From NCBI GenBank assembly GCA_000934665.2, contig JYFJ02000141.1:186001-230534 (forward strand): a stretch of 44,534 nt of DNA, in the 5' to 3' direction. Of the stretch, positions 27,394 to 37,019 are shown piece by piece. The translations under genes and the position numbers were made by a program. This DNA is from Catajapyx aquilonaris. Taxonomy: Eukaryota. Under the pieces are notes generated by a model. That model worked only from the letters and a program-made list of their open reading frames with translations, was not told where the DNA came from and ran no database searches. Numbering within the stretch: position 1 is the stretch's first letter; each line of letters begins with the position of its first letter.

Positions 27394-28665
27394 TCACTTG
27401 TGGCTCTCTGCATGCTTCTCTAAAAATTCCTTAGTGGCAAGTAATAATCCACATATCTCGCAAGCAAAGACCTTCTCTGTGTGTGACCTCCTGTGTTGGG
27501 ATAAGATATATGGACTGGCAAACATCTTGTTGCATAAGTCACATGTCAGCTGGTCTTTACCCAGGTGCGAACATAAGTGTTGCCTAAATACCTCACGTGA
27601 AGAAAACACTTTTGAGCATATGGAGCACATGTACTTTTCCTCTTCATGTGTCTTTAGGTGCCTCGCTAATTTATCACGATGCGGAAATGATTTTTTGCAT
27701 GTCTGGCAAGAGTAAGTTAAACTTGCGGTGTGTAGTAATTTGTGCTTCTGAAGAACTGCAGCCTTCGTGAAACCTTTCCCACATTGATTGCAGACATTCT
27801 GCCGCTTGTGAAACTTTTTATGTTCCTGCAAAGCATCCTCACTAGGATATGTGTCATTGCAAATATTGCAAAGGTACAACCTCTCTCCTGGATGATATCT
27901 CTTTTTGTGAAGCGACAAGCTACGATTATTGAAGAAAGAAAAGCCACACTCTTCACATGAAAATCTTTTCATGTGTGTCAATTTGTGATCTTCTAGTATC
28001 TTTTTAGTGGACAGTGACTTTCCACATTCATTGCAGACATATGGCTTTTCTGCAGCATGCACCTTTATGTGCTCTGTCAAGTTATGCTGATCAACAAATG
28101 ATCTTTCGCAAGATTTGCAAGTGAAACGACGCTCTTCTGTGGTGTGGGCTGTCATATGGCCCATTAGGTTTACCTGGCTATTAAATGACTTGTGGCACAA
28201 CTCGCAAACAAATGACTCAGCTCCTCCACCCTTCATCACTGCACACGATGATTGCATATCAAGTTTCATTATTCCATGCTCCGTGTTGACATGTATCACA
28301 AATGAGGTAGAAGGAGGCAGTTTATGCACATCTGCAGGATGTATCAGCTTCTGACAACAAGTATTTTCATGTTCATCCCTGTCTTTTTCACAACTAAACT
28401 TCGCCTGGCACACCTTACACTCAAAAGAATGCGTTTGAACTCTAAAACAGTCCATTTCGAGAGGATCATCATTCATGTCCGGTACTTCTAATGTGGATAC
28501 TACCATCTCTTCCTCTTCAATATTCACCTCCACCTCCACATCCTCCTCCTCCTCCTCCAGAAGCGGAAGGGGTTCTTCCTTCACTTGAACCTGCCACGAC
28601 ACTTCCATAGGAAGCACATTTTCTTCCACCACGCCGCATTCATCCTTCTCTCGAGTCTGAGACAT
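27394..28665 (-). CDS. C2H2 zinc-finger protein (~423 aa; 10 tandem C2H2 fingers plus one C2HC-type), acidic N-terminus
   Basis: Repeated CxxC-x12-H-x3/4-H units (e.g. CNECGKSLSTKKILEDHKLTH, linker AAEKPY). The first ATG at 28665 lies 2 nt after the acceptor tcttctccag. The ORF-track GTG start at 28686 is probably intronic. Confidence 0.93.
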   Translation of the reverse strand: MSQTREKDECGVVEENVLPMEVSWQVQVKEEPLPLLEEEEEDVEVEVNIEEEEMVVSTLEVPDMNDDPLEMDCFRVQTHSFECKVCQAKFSCEKDRDEHENTCCQKLIHPADVHKLPPSTSFVIHVNTEHGIMKLDMQSSCAVMKGGGAESFVCELCHKSFNSQVNLMGHMTAHTTEERRFTCKSCERSFVDQHNLTEHIKVHAAEKPYVCNECGKSLSTKKILEDHKLTHMKRFSCEECGFSFFNNRSLSLHKKRYHPGERLYLCNICNDTYPSEDALQEHKKFHKRQNVCNQCGKGFTKAAVLQKHKLLHTASLTYSCQTCKKSFPHRDKLARHLKTHEEEKYMCSICSKVFSSREVFRQHLCSHLGKDQLTCDLCNKMFASPYILSQHRRSHTEKVFACEICGLLLATKEFLEKHAESHK

Positions 28666-28808
28666 GGCTGGAGAAGATAACTCCACATGAGTACACTTGC
28701 CGCTTAGTACCTTAATAGGATCTTAGTCATGCCTTAGCAGTACCCATCCTTTGTCCCCAGCCAACAAATAACCTGAGAACAAGCCAGCCCTAAGCGGTCT
28801 CTAATTAC

Positions 28809-29010
28809 CTGTTCAGCCAAGACCCGCTGGCACATCAGCACAGCCCAGTGTCGCCCTGCAAGAACGAATCAGGATGAAACCCAGAGCCCCGACGTCCCCA
28901 AAAGAAGCCTTACCACCGACGCATACGAAGGACTGGGCCAAGAACGAACCGAAAGAATAAAGGAGCCAGCCTTGATGTTCTATCCACAGATGATGAGAAG
29001 AAAGAGAAAA
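28809..29010 (-). promoter_or_regulatory. Probable 5' UTR exons and TSS region for the 27.4-28.7 kb zinc-finger gene
   Basis: Donor GTG|GTAAGG, 58-nt intron 28856-28913 ending ttcttgcag, exon 28809-28855, donor CAG|GTAATT, acceptor at 28668. A pyrimidine-rich stretch near 29000 is a possible start site. Confidence 0.5.
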
Positions 29011-29348
29011 AGTGGAAAGCAGCGCCTCTAGCGGAGGAAAAGGGAGGGGGGCTTGGTCTCCTTCCTGTCGCTGCCACACTCGAACACTCGAACTTGAGAG
29101 ACTAGTGGAGACATCACTGGTTTTGGAGCCAGTGAACAAAATTGAGCCAGTTGAATAAAATGACATTAAGGACATAAAACTGATATCGAGATAATTAGAG
29201 ACAATACATGCTGTTGAAGACAAACAAATCCTGGGTCATCATGTATAGGACGGTTGAGGAATAAATGAACTTCACCAGACGATAAGACAGCGCGTTTTTA
29301 AAATGCTATTTAATAGTTCAAATAACTCATAACAAGACAAAATTAGAC

Positions 29349-30320
29349 TTAGGAAAGAGTTTCACTGGATTTGAAAGACTTGCTCTCACGATTCCTGTGT
29401 ATTGTCATGTGTCGCTTCAGATTATTCTGATGGGCAAATGTTCTCTCGCATATCTCACATGCAATATTTTTAGGATGTCCAATGCTGTATACACACTTGT
29501 GATGTATCAAGCTAAACTTATCTACACACAATCTGTTACATGACTGGCAGCGCAGTGATGGCCTCTCCGCTTTATTTGCAGTGCTCAATTGAGTCGTCGA
29601 GTCCACTCTTTTCTTTTCACACTTGAACTCATGGTCACTCTTGTCACTCTCAGCTTCAAACTCCTGTTGGCAAGTCTTAAAATTCTTGCATCTGAACTTA
29701 AAACATGACTTTGCATGCTGTTGCAAGAAACACTTTGATGAAAATGATCTCGGGCAAAAGTTGCAATTAAAAATCTTTGGCCTCCTGCCCAAACACATAT
29801 GCTGCGTCAAACTAAACTGATCAACAAATGATCGATTACATAGTTCACAATTATATTTCCTTGTGTGAATAGACATATGATTCTCCAAGTGCCTTTGCCA
29901 TGGAAATGACATCTTGCAGACCTTGCATGTAAAGGTATTTGCCAGCATCTTACTACCATGGGACATTTCTTGTGACATTAAAGCCTGAGAAGCAGAACAT
30001 GGCAGTGTATCGCATGATTCGGCCTTCCCCTCACAGGCTTCGATAAATTTTGATTGCTTATTAACACCATCCGTTAATGTCATACCCTCTCGTTTCAACT
30101 TGCTACCATCACTTATCACTGAAGGCTCAGTGCATGTGAATAATTTCACTTTCCCTGGTGTCCCAAGAGCCACTTCACCCAGCATGCATTCATTACACTT
30201 CATTGGCTTGAAAACATCCTCATGTTCATGTTTCACCTTTGTCTCTTGAAGCGCATCGTCATAAAGAAACACATTGAGTTCACGCTTCACATCTACCGTG
30301 CTCGACGCCACCAGATCCAT
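29349..30320 (-). CDS. Zinc-finger protein (323 aa; ~6 fingers, several C2HC variants)
   Basis: CKVCKMSFPWQRHLENHMSIH and CEICERTFAHQNNLKRHMTIH are canonical. Four others end in Cys. ATG in good context (gccATGg). Acceptor atttttgtag lies 40 nt upstream. Confidence 0.9.
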   Translation of the reverse strand: MDLVASSTVDVKRELNVFLYDDALQETKVKHEHEDVFKPMKCNECMLGEVALGTPGKVKLFTCTEPSVISDGSKLKREGMTLTDGVNKQSKFIEACEGKAESCDTLPCSASQALMSQEMSHGSKMLANTFTCKVCKMSFPWQRHLENHMSIHTRKYNCELCNRSFVDQFSLTQHMCLGRRPKIFNCNFCPRSFSSKCFLQQHAKSCFKFRCKNFKTCQQEFEAESDKSDHEFKCEKKRVDSTTQLSTANKAERPSLRCQSCNRLCVDKFSLIHHKCVYSIGHPKNIACEICERTFAHQNNLKRHMTIHRNRESKSFKSSETLS

Positions 30321-30689
30321 GGCTTATATTCAGCAATGTTCTTGTTGCTGCCTCAGGCACCTACAAAAATATTAATGCAAAAATCAGGCCTCCCTATTGC
30401 AAACCAGACTTCACCTGCTTTCTTCATTTAAGCCTCAAAAACATGACAACCCAAGGTCTCAGCAGCCTCCAATGAATTTTCCCTTGGTAAAAGCGCCTCT
30501 CTCGGCCAAACTGCTAACTAATGTCCACATTCATATGGCTGAAAATTTACCTTTAGTTCAGAGAAAAATACCTCACAGCATATTTGTCAGAAAAATGTCT
30601 GTACAATCATACCAAACTTGTTTATTGCACGGAAGTTACATGAGTTCAATCCGGTGCAATCCAAATATAATTATCAATTTATCATCCTT

Positions 30690-32630
30690 TCAGAATACTG
30701 CGCACTTGCGCAACTTCTTATGCCAAGTGAGCCCACTGAGCCATGCAAATGACTTTTTACATTTTCTGCACTTGTACCGACCCTTTCCAGCCACAATCAT
30801 ATTTTTGATCGAGGATTTTGACTTAACACTGGGTTTACATCGTACAGATCCGTCAATATGAGACGACAATTCCTCACGAGTGATGAATGACTTGTGGCAC
30901 TTTTTGCAGGTGAAAAGGTTATTACAAATATGCATCTCTATGTGACTGATGAACCTGGCTTCATTTTCAAAAGAATTATGACACACTTCACATGACAATT
31001 GTTTCTTATCGTAGGATATCTTTGCACGACCTAATGGTTGCATGCGAGATTTCAGTAACTCCAAATACATTTTGCAACCTGATGGCATTTTCTTAGACCG
31101 TAGATACTGATGCTGCTTGAGATATTTCTCAGTGACAAACCTTTTACCACAAAGTTTACAACCAAATGAACCCAATGTAAAGAACATTCGACCACTGCCC
31201 ACTTGCTTCGGTCCCTGAGTTTCAGTTAATACTGGACCATCAGGTTTCTCTTCCCACGTTAACTCTGTCCTGGAATATTCAAGAGAATTCCTCTTCTCAC
31301 GAACATGCTTTTCCTGGTGTTTCTGCAATGAGCGCTTACTAGGGAACGACTCCAAACAGATGTCACAGCACAAATTTCTGGGAAGTGTTTCTTTTCGAGA
31401 ACCTTTTACTTCTTCCTGGCTTTCATCATCCGATATCATGACAATTTCATGTTGTGTTCCAGTGTCCAAGATTGTGCCTGTGCGCTTTATTTCTCTGTAT
31501 TTCGATATCAGATTCTGGCAAAAGTGTTCCTGAAGATGTTGCAGCAACAAGCTCTGACTACTAAATGAAGCAGGGCAACTGTCACACTGAAACCTCTTTT
31601 TTAACACACGGGCAGGCTGACGCTTCACTTTTTTTCTTTCCCTACGCACTGACATGGAGTCAGCAGAGTGTGTGTGCAATTCCACTTCGGTGTGCGTACT
31701 ACCACTGGAAACCTCACTGACCACCCTCCACATTTGCCTTGTGTTAGAATACTCAACCAAGACATGATCTGTGCCATGGTCGTTCTCCTGGTGCCTCTCT
31801 AGGGCAGCCTTGTCACGAAAAACCACCAAACAGTTATCACAAGGGAATCTTGGAGTCTTTAGAGCAGCAGCAACACTCTCAAGTCTGCCTAGATCTGTAC
31901 CATCACCACTATGCTCTGATACCAAATTATCAAGCACTGAAGCACTAGTCGTCGCAAGAGGGTCATTTTCTTCCTGGAAGGTTGGCACTGGCATCACCAT
32001 TTCTTCCTCATCTAATAACAATCCAAACTCGTCACTTTCAGGTGCTTCTGCATCTAAATCCATCATCTCCTTGACATCTTCTTCCTCTCCACACACTTGA
32101 TGCACCACCTGACCTTGATTTGATTTAGTTTCTTGACCTGCGTCAGTAGTCACAAGAAGGGGGACCCCCTGAACACTTCCAGTTGTTGAAACACATACAG
32201 GTATGGAATCGTCTGGTGCTGTAACAAACTGCATTCCCTGAAAGTTAGTACCATCTGCAGTAACAAACTGCACTCCTGGTATGACATCACCATCTGCACC
32301 AACAAGCTGAACTCCCAGCACACTATCTTCTTCTGCAGCTACATACTGCATTCCCTCAGCAATATCGCCATCCGCAGCAACAAATTGCATCCCCTGAGTA
32401 TCAGTTTCAGCCGTTGCAAGAAATACCATTCCCTCACCATCACTTCCACACATCTTATACAGCTGCATATCCTGCGTGGCATCTGCGACATCTGCTTGAT
32501 GTGTGTATGTCTCCTGACTGACATTTTCACCTGCATGTTGTTGCTGCAGTCCTTGCTCCAAGTGCGCTTGCCACGTATCTTCATATTTAATTGCCTCATC
32601 GGTATCTGCCATCACCAGTCCAAAAGCCAT
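30690..32630 (-). CDS. C2H2 zinc-finger protein (646 aa; ~7 dispersed fingers) with N-terminal 13-aa repeats
   Basis: Uninterrupted 1.9-kb ORF with fingers such as CDSCPASFSSQSLLLQHLQEH and CEVCHNSFENEARFISHIEMH. Acceptor tttttccag lies 5 nt before the ATG. AATAAA on the minus strand at 30621-30626. Confidence 0.92.
   Translation of the reverse strand: MAFGLVMADTDEAIKYEDTWQAHLEQGLQQQHAGENVSQETYTHQADVADATQDMQLYKMCGSDGEGMVFLATAETDTQGMQFVAADGDIAEGMQYVAAEEDSVLGVQLVGADGDVIPGVQFVTADGTNFQGMQFVTAPDDSIPVCVSTTGSVQGVPLLVTTDAGQETKSNQGQVVHQVCGEEEDVKEMMDLDAEAPESDEFGLLLDEEEMVMPVPTFQEENDPLATTSASVLDNLVSEHSGDGTDLGRLESVAAALKTPRFPCDNCLVVFRDKAALERHQENDHGTDHVLVEYSNTRQMWRVVSEVSSGSTHTEVELHTHSADSMSVRRERKKVKRQPARVLKKRFQCDSCPASFSSQSLLLQHLQEHFCQNLISKYREIKRTGTILDTGTQHEIVMISDDESQEEVKGSRKETLPRNLCCDICLESFPSKRSLQKHQEKHVREKRNSLEYSRTELTWEEKPDGPVLTETQGPKQVGSGRMFFTLGSFGCKLCGKRFVTEKYLKQHQYLRSKKMPSGCKMYLELLKSRMQPLGRAKISYDKKQLSCEVCHNSFENEARFISHIEMHICNNLFTCKKCHKSFITREELSSHIDGSVRCKPSVKSKSSIKNMIVAGKGRYKCRKCKKSFAWLSGLTWHKKLRKCAVF
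32205..32474 (-). repeat. Coding tandem repeat, 39-bp/13-aa period, 6-7 copies
   Basis: Gly at aa 67, 80, 93, 106, 119 and 132 begins G[MV]Q[FYL]VxA[DE]-like units. Confidence 0.85.
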
Positions 32631-32967
32631 TGCCCCTGGAAAAATATAATCATGGTTGGTATCAATCAGTTACATATTATCCAGAACTGATCAATTGTAA
32701 CTAATTGATTGTTGCCCTTTCCTTACTACACTGCAATGACATGAAGTGGTCCTTCCTTTCAACATTGGAGTCCTATCTGTGCCCCACAATTGAATAAGTC
32801 TCACCCACCCCTTTTATGTCTGTCCTTAAAACAACAACTACATCTCTGGATGATAAGAATCACCCCTTATGTGAAAATTTTGAAGCCAAACTGTCTAGAA
32901 TAAATAAGCTATTCTTTGGCACCCAAGATACCTCCTCCTCTGATAGTCATGTCTAGACTAATCTTTC

Positions 32968-34219
32968 TTAGGTGCAACTTCCGAATGTCTGATTGACTAT
33001 CCGAATTTCCCAAGAATTTCCACTGTCACGTGTCTCAATAGATTCTTCATCATCTCTGGTTGTCAAGCCAGGAGAAGAAGAATCATCATTATTGATAGTC
33101 GTGTCAATGCAAGTGAAATCATCATTACTGTTTGTCATGTCAGCAGAAGTTGGACAAGTGTGATGTTTTATTGCATCTCGACATTGCTCCAGTGAACTTT
33201 CCTTTTCTCTTTTCATGCATTTGCTTGCCACCAAATTTCATAAGAGATAGTGATGCATCTGCTGCACTTTGTTTAGGTAGCTTGACTTGCATTAATGGTG
33301 AGAAATGGTGGCTCGCTGTTGAAATAAGCCTAACTCCCCTTTTCACATCCTAAAGTGATTTTGCTTTCACTGGTAGCCCCACCTTGTACAAATCCTTGGG
33401 CAGAGAAGTCAGCTGCTTCTGATCCAGTCTCCATTGCCGATTCCACTTTAACTGGTGGTGACAAAATCTGGCCAGCACAAGCAGGCGCTGCTTCATCAGT
33501 GAGATCTGCAAATGAGGAGATAATACAGACCACTTCCTCCTAATCAATGAATCGCACAGCAACAGAGATGCAGCGTAAGTACTGCTCATACCTTGTAATG
33601 GAACATGTTCCAACCCATGCGCTTCTTGTGAAGTGCCACCTACTGGAGAAGCACTTGACGCTTCTTCACTCCAATCTGGCTGGCAGTCAAATATGTGTGG
33701 CACAACATGGGGCTTCAATCGTATGCGACATCCCATCATCTTGGCCTTGAAGAAGTTTTCTGCGTCTTCTTCAAGCTGTACGTGATTTAGTGACATTGAC
33801 ATATCAGATATTTGTGGATTACTTAAAGTAACATGCAATGGTGCCTCTAACAGTAATGCACGAAAAAATACTGACGAAACAAACAATGCTGCACATTTTG
33901 ACTTAACATTTAATATGAGGTTATGTGCATGGCGAACCAGTAACTGCAATGTAACTAACGGAGCACGTACATTAAAGTGATCCTCGCAACAGTACAGCTT
34001 GGTGCCCTGGGCTGGTATTGGATTGTGATGGTACCACCGGCAGGCCTCTAACCACTTGTCCCTTGCTTCTTCATTACGAGGCACATGCAGAAACAACTTC
34101 TCAGGGTTGTACTTGCTGCCATTAGCGCAACCTTGCACAATGCACCAAAAGTTATGCTTATTGGTATGTTTAGTACCTGATGTGTTCTTCCCTCTCGGGT
34201 TCTCGACAGCCCCTGCCAT
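32968..34219 (-). CDS. THAP-domain protein, multi-exon (33971-34219, 33592-33775, 33505 downward; 3' exons and stop uncertain)
   Basis: THAP signature: CIVQGC, F..VP, KWLEAC, CCEDHF and the AVPTIF-like VVPHIF after removing GT-AG intron 33776-33970. A second intron 33506-33591 restores the frame (LQ/DLTDEAAP). No transposase domain follows. Confidence 0.85.
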
Positions 34220-35231
34220 GAGTGTGTCTCACACTTGGAGAAACACCTCAGGTTGAAAAAAAAGATTTCAGCCTCGCCTGAGAAAAGCCATCGCCATGTT
34301 TTTAGTATACAGAAGCGAATGGGGCTCGTTCGGATCCCTGTCCTCAAGACAAACTGGGGCCGGGGGAAAAAAAGTACAGTTTCACGTAAATTTTGATACG
34401 ACAGCTGAAGTGGTCAGAGAGGGCGAAATTGGTGAATGATTTTTTTTTTTTTTTTTGTGGAGATGTGTATTTTCATGGAAAGAATGGCTGTTGAAAGGAG
34501 ATTTTGCAAATAATTGCACATTAGTTAAAAATTCATAATAGCAACACAAGATTTTACTGGGAATAACAGTCCAGCTTCTATTATTAAATACATTGCAAGC
34601 GAGAATAAGCAACGTGACAACCATTTGTTTATTGCAATATGTCACTGTCAGACATGTGGGATTGTATACATATGCACAATACAGTGTTCGGTGTATTCCC
34701 CGAGAAAGCATTTGATCCTGTTGTTTTCTGTCCAATATGATTAGCAAAGTCTTTCATATAAACCTGAGGATGATGATCTGTTGTGGAGGTGACTTTCAGA
34801 CTCTCGATGCCTGCTGCCTGGAAAAATTGGGAACTTGGCAGTTACATATTCAAGGCAAAAATGTAAGGTCCTAATTGCAAATTATGTTAAGTAAAGCGTC
34901 GAATAATTTCTCATTTCTTTCCACAGATCTCTTCATAGTTTCACCTGTCTCATTACAACTTTGGAGCTTCTCAGACAATGTTCTGCATTCAGCCGTTGGT
35001 GAAACTTCAGGAATCGCAGGATCTGTATTGAACTTTACTTGCATCGTACTGGTAGTAGTGTATATACAAGTCTATTCCATGCCACAGCCGTATTTTCATC
35101 CGGTTATTCCCAGGAAATTATTTTTGCACACAATACAAATGTGCCAATACAGATTTGGCTTTTTTCTTGAATAATGAGTAGGGACCACACATTGATTGCA
35201 GCCTTTTATCTTTCAGTACTCAGCTACGGAA

Positions 35232-36547
35232 ATGATCAACAGCACCACGTTCTGCAACCTAGATGACCTGAGTAGTTCCGAGGCTTGTCAGTTGTTGGAT
35301 CCAGCACCGGACTGCTGCTTTCCTAATTTGTCAGAGTATTTCGTCGATTTTGTTATAATCTACTGGGTGTTTCTGGCCGCATTTGGAAGCACAGCAAATT
35401 TGTTGACTATAGTCGTCATCATTTACGGACGGAAGAAGTGTAATGATCCGTTGAGGCAAGTTATACACTTCGTATACACTGCAGTTTGTTAATGTATGGT
35501 ATATTTTTCAGCCCACTTCTGAGCGTAACGACGACGCTTCTGCTGAATTTGAACGTTGCAGATTTTCTCGCCTGCTCTACAATATTGCCGCTAAATGCCG
35601 TCACCTATTTTTATCACGGATGGCCTTTTAGTCCCGGTCTTTGCCATGCCGTCGCATTTCTACGAGACGTATTTTCCTATTCTTCCCGGACTAGTCTTGC
35701 CGCAATGGTTCTATGCAGGTTAGTCCTATTTTTGTGTATGAGCAATTAATATTAAAATCGCTGTATCGCACTTTGCAGACTTTTGGGTCTAACTTATCCG
35801 AAAGCTTGTCGGATAATCTTCGGATACTTACATGGCGCCCCAGTAATAATTGGGATTTGGCTCATCTCATTTGCAGCATTCGCAATTATTTTTCTGAGTG
35901 TAAGTCACTTTAATTACTTTTTACGTTAATGCCGATGTGAACTTCGTATTATTTGTAGGACATAGGATCTTTTGGCTACAGCAAAGCAGCAGGACAGTGC
36001 ATGCCTCTTCCTTATGAAAGATTCGAATCTGGGATGATCATCGGAGGAGTGTTTTTACTTCCGTGGTTGGTCCTAGTTTTTTCTCTCCTGGGCGTAGTTG
36101 TCAAACTGCATTTGAGCAAGAAGAATATATTTGCCATTCCGTAAGTTACTTATAAACGAATAATGGCAAACGAGATTCATGCAGATGCTTTTCAGCGGAT
36201 TGGCTTCTACGACTCGAGAGCAGCTGCGATTAAGAGAGAACCGCATGACCATACTGTGCGCACTTCTTGCAGCCTCGTCAACCATAACGACAATTCCGCT
36301 AGTCACAATGTTTTTCTGCTGCTGGGAACATTCCAAAAAGTCACCTTATCCGTATATCCATCTCATATCGCTCTTGCGAATAGTCCTGGACTTTAACATC
36401 TACATCCTTAGGTGAGACGCAGCTTTTGCACATTCAGTGATTTTATATGATCGTACTCTACTTTTCAGGATCAGTTGCTACAGAGACTCGTTCCTTATCT
36501 TCTTCAGAGATGTGAAAAGTTGGCTGCGGCATCTTATTAGCAGATAA
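35232..36547 (+). CDS. Class A (rhodopsin-like) GPCR, Tre1/moody-like, copy A; exons 35232-35455, 35512-35718, 35779-35899, 35959-36140, 36196-36411, 36469-36547 (342 aa)
   Basis: Exons join to 1029 nt in frame. Seven hydrophobic segments with TM1 GSTAN, TM2 LNLNVADF, ECL1 GWPF..LC, ECL2 Cys, TM5 LP and helix-8-like YRDSF. Subfamily is inferred from recalled motif similarity. Confidence 0.85.
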
Positions 36548-37019
36548 CTGCCAACAATGTGTCCTTCAATAAAACTAATCATGATAGTAATTACTACGTA
36601 ATAATGTAAAATTGTAATTGTTGCACATTCCTAAGGAAACTGTTGCGACACACTCTACACCATTTGGGTACTTTTCATCCTTGCATGATGCAACCCAGCA
36701 TTTAGTGTAGACTACTAGTCGACAATACGACTAATGTATCACACATAATTAGCAAAACTTTCGCTGATGGAAAAACAGGTTCTGACACGAACTAATGAAA
36801 CCTTGTAACTCACATTGTACTGACAGTGTACAATAAATAACTCATAGTATCATTGACCTTGACACTTATTTTTATTCGATTATTAATATTAGGCTGTTTT
36901 TTGCCGAATTGCATACAATACAAATGATGTAGATTCGTCTTTACATGAATAATGCATGGGAAGACGGCATTACTTGCAGCCTAATATTTCATTAGCAGTA
37001 CGTAGGAATCACGGTAGGA

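Noticed and set aside
28773..28808. Several apparent 32-40-nt GT-AG introns (also near 30530, 32790, 39310)
   Set aside because: Shorter than every well-supported intron here (55 nt or more), and alternative pairings of the same sites exist.
28813..29223. 136-aa minus ORF
   Set aside because: Better explained as promoter, 5' UTR exons and an intron of the downstream ZF gene.
27398..32690. Plus-strand and alternate-frame ORFs overlapping the ZF genes
   Set aside because: Antisense or shadow ORFs of real coding sequence.
33350..34219. 289-aa unspliced THAP ORF, or a P-element transposase
   Set aside because: It includes two introns, and no transposase catalytic region follows the THAP domain.
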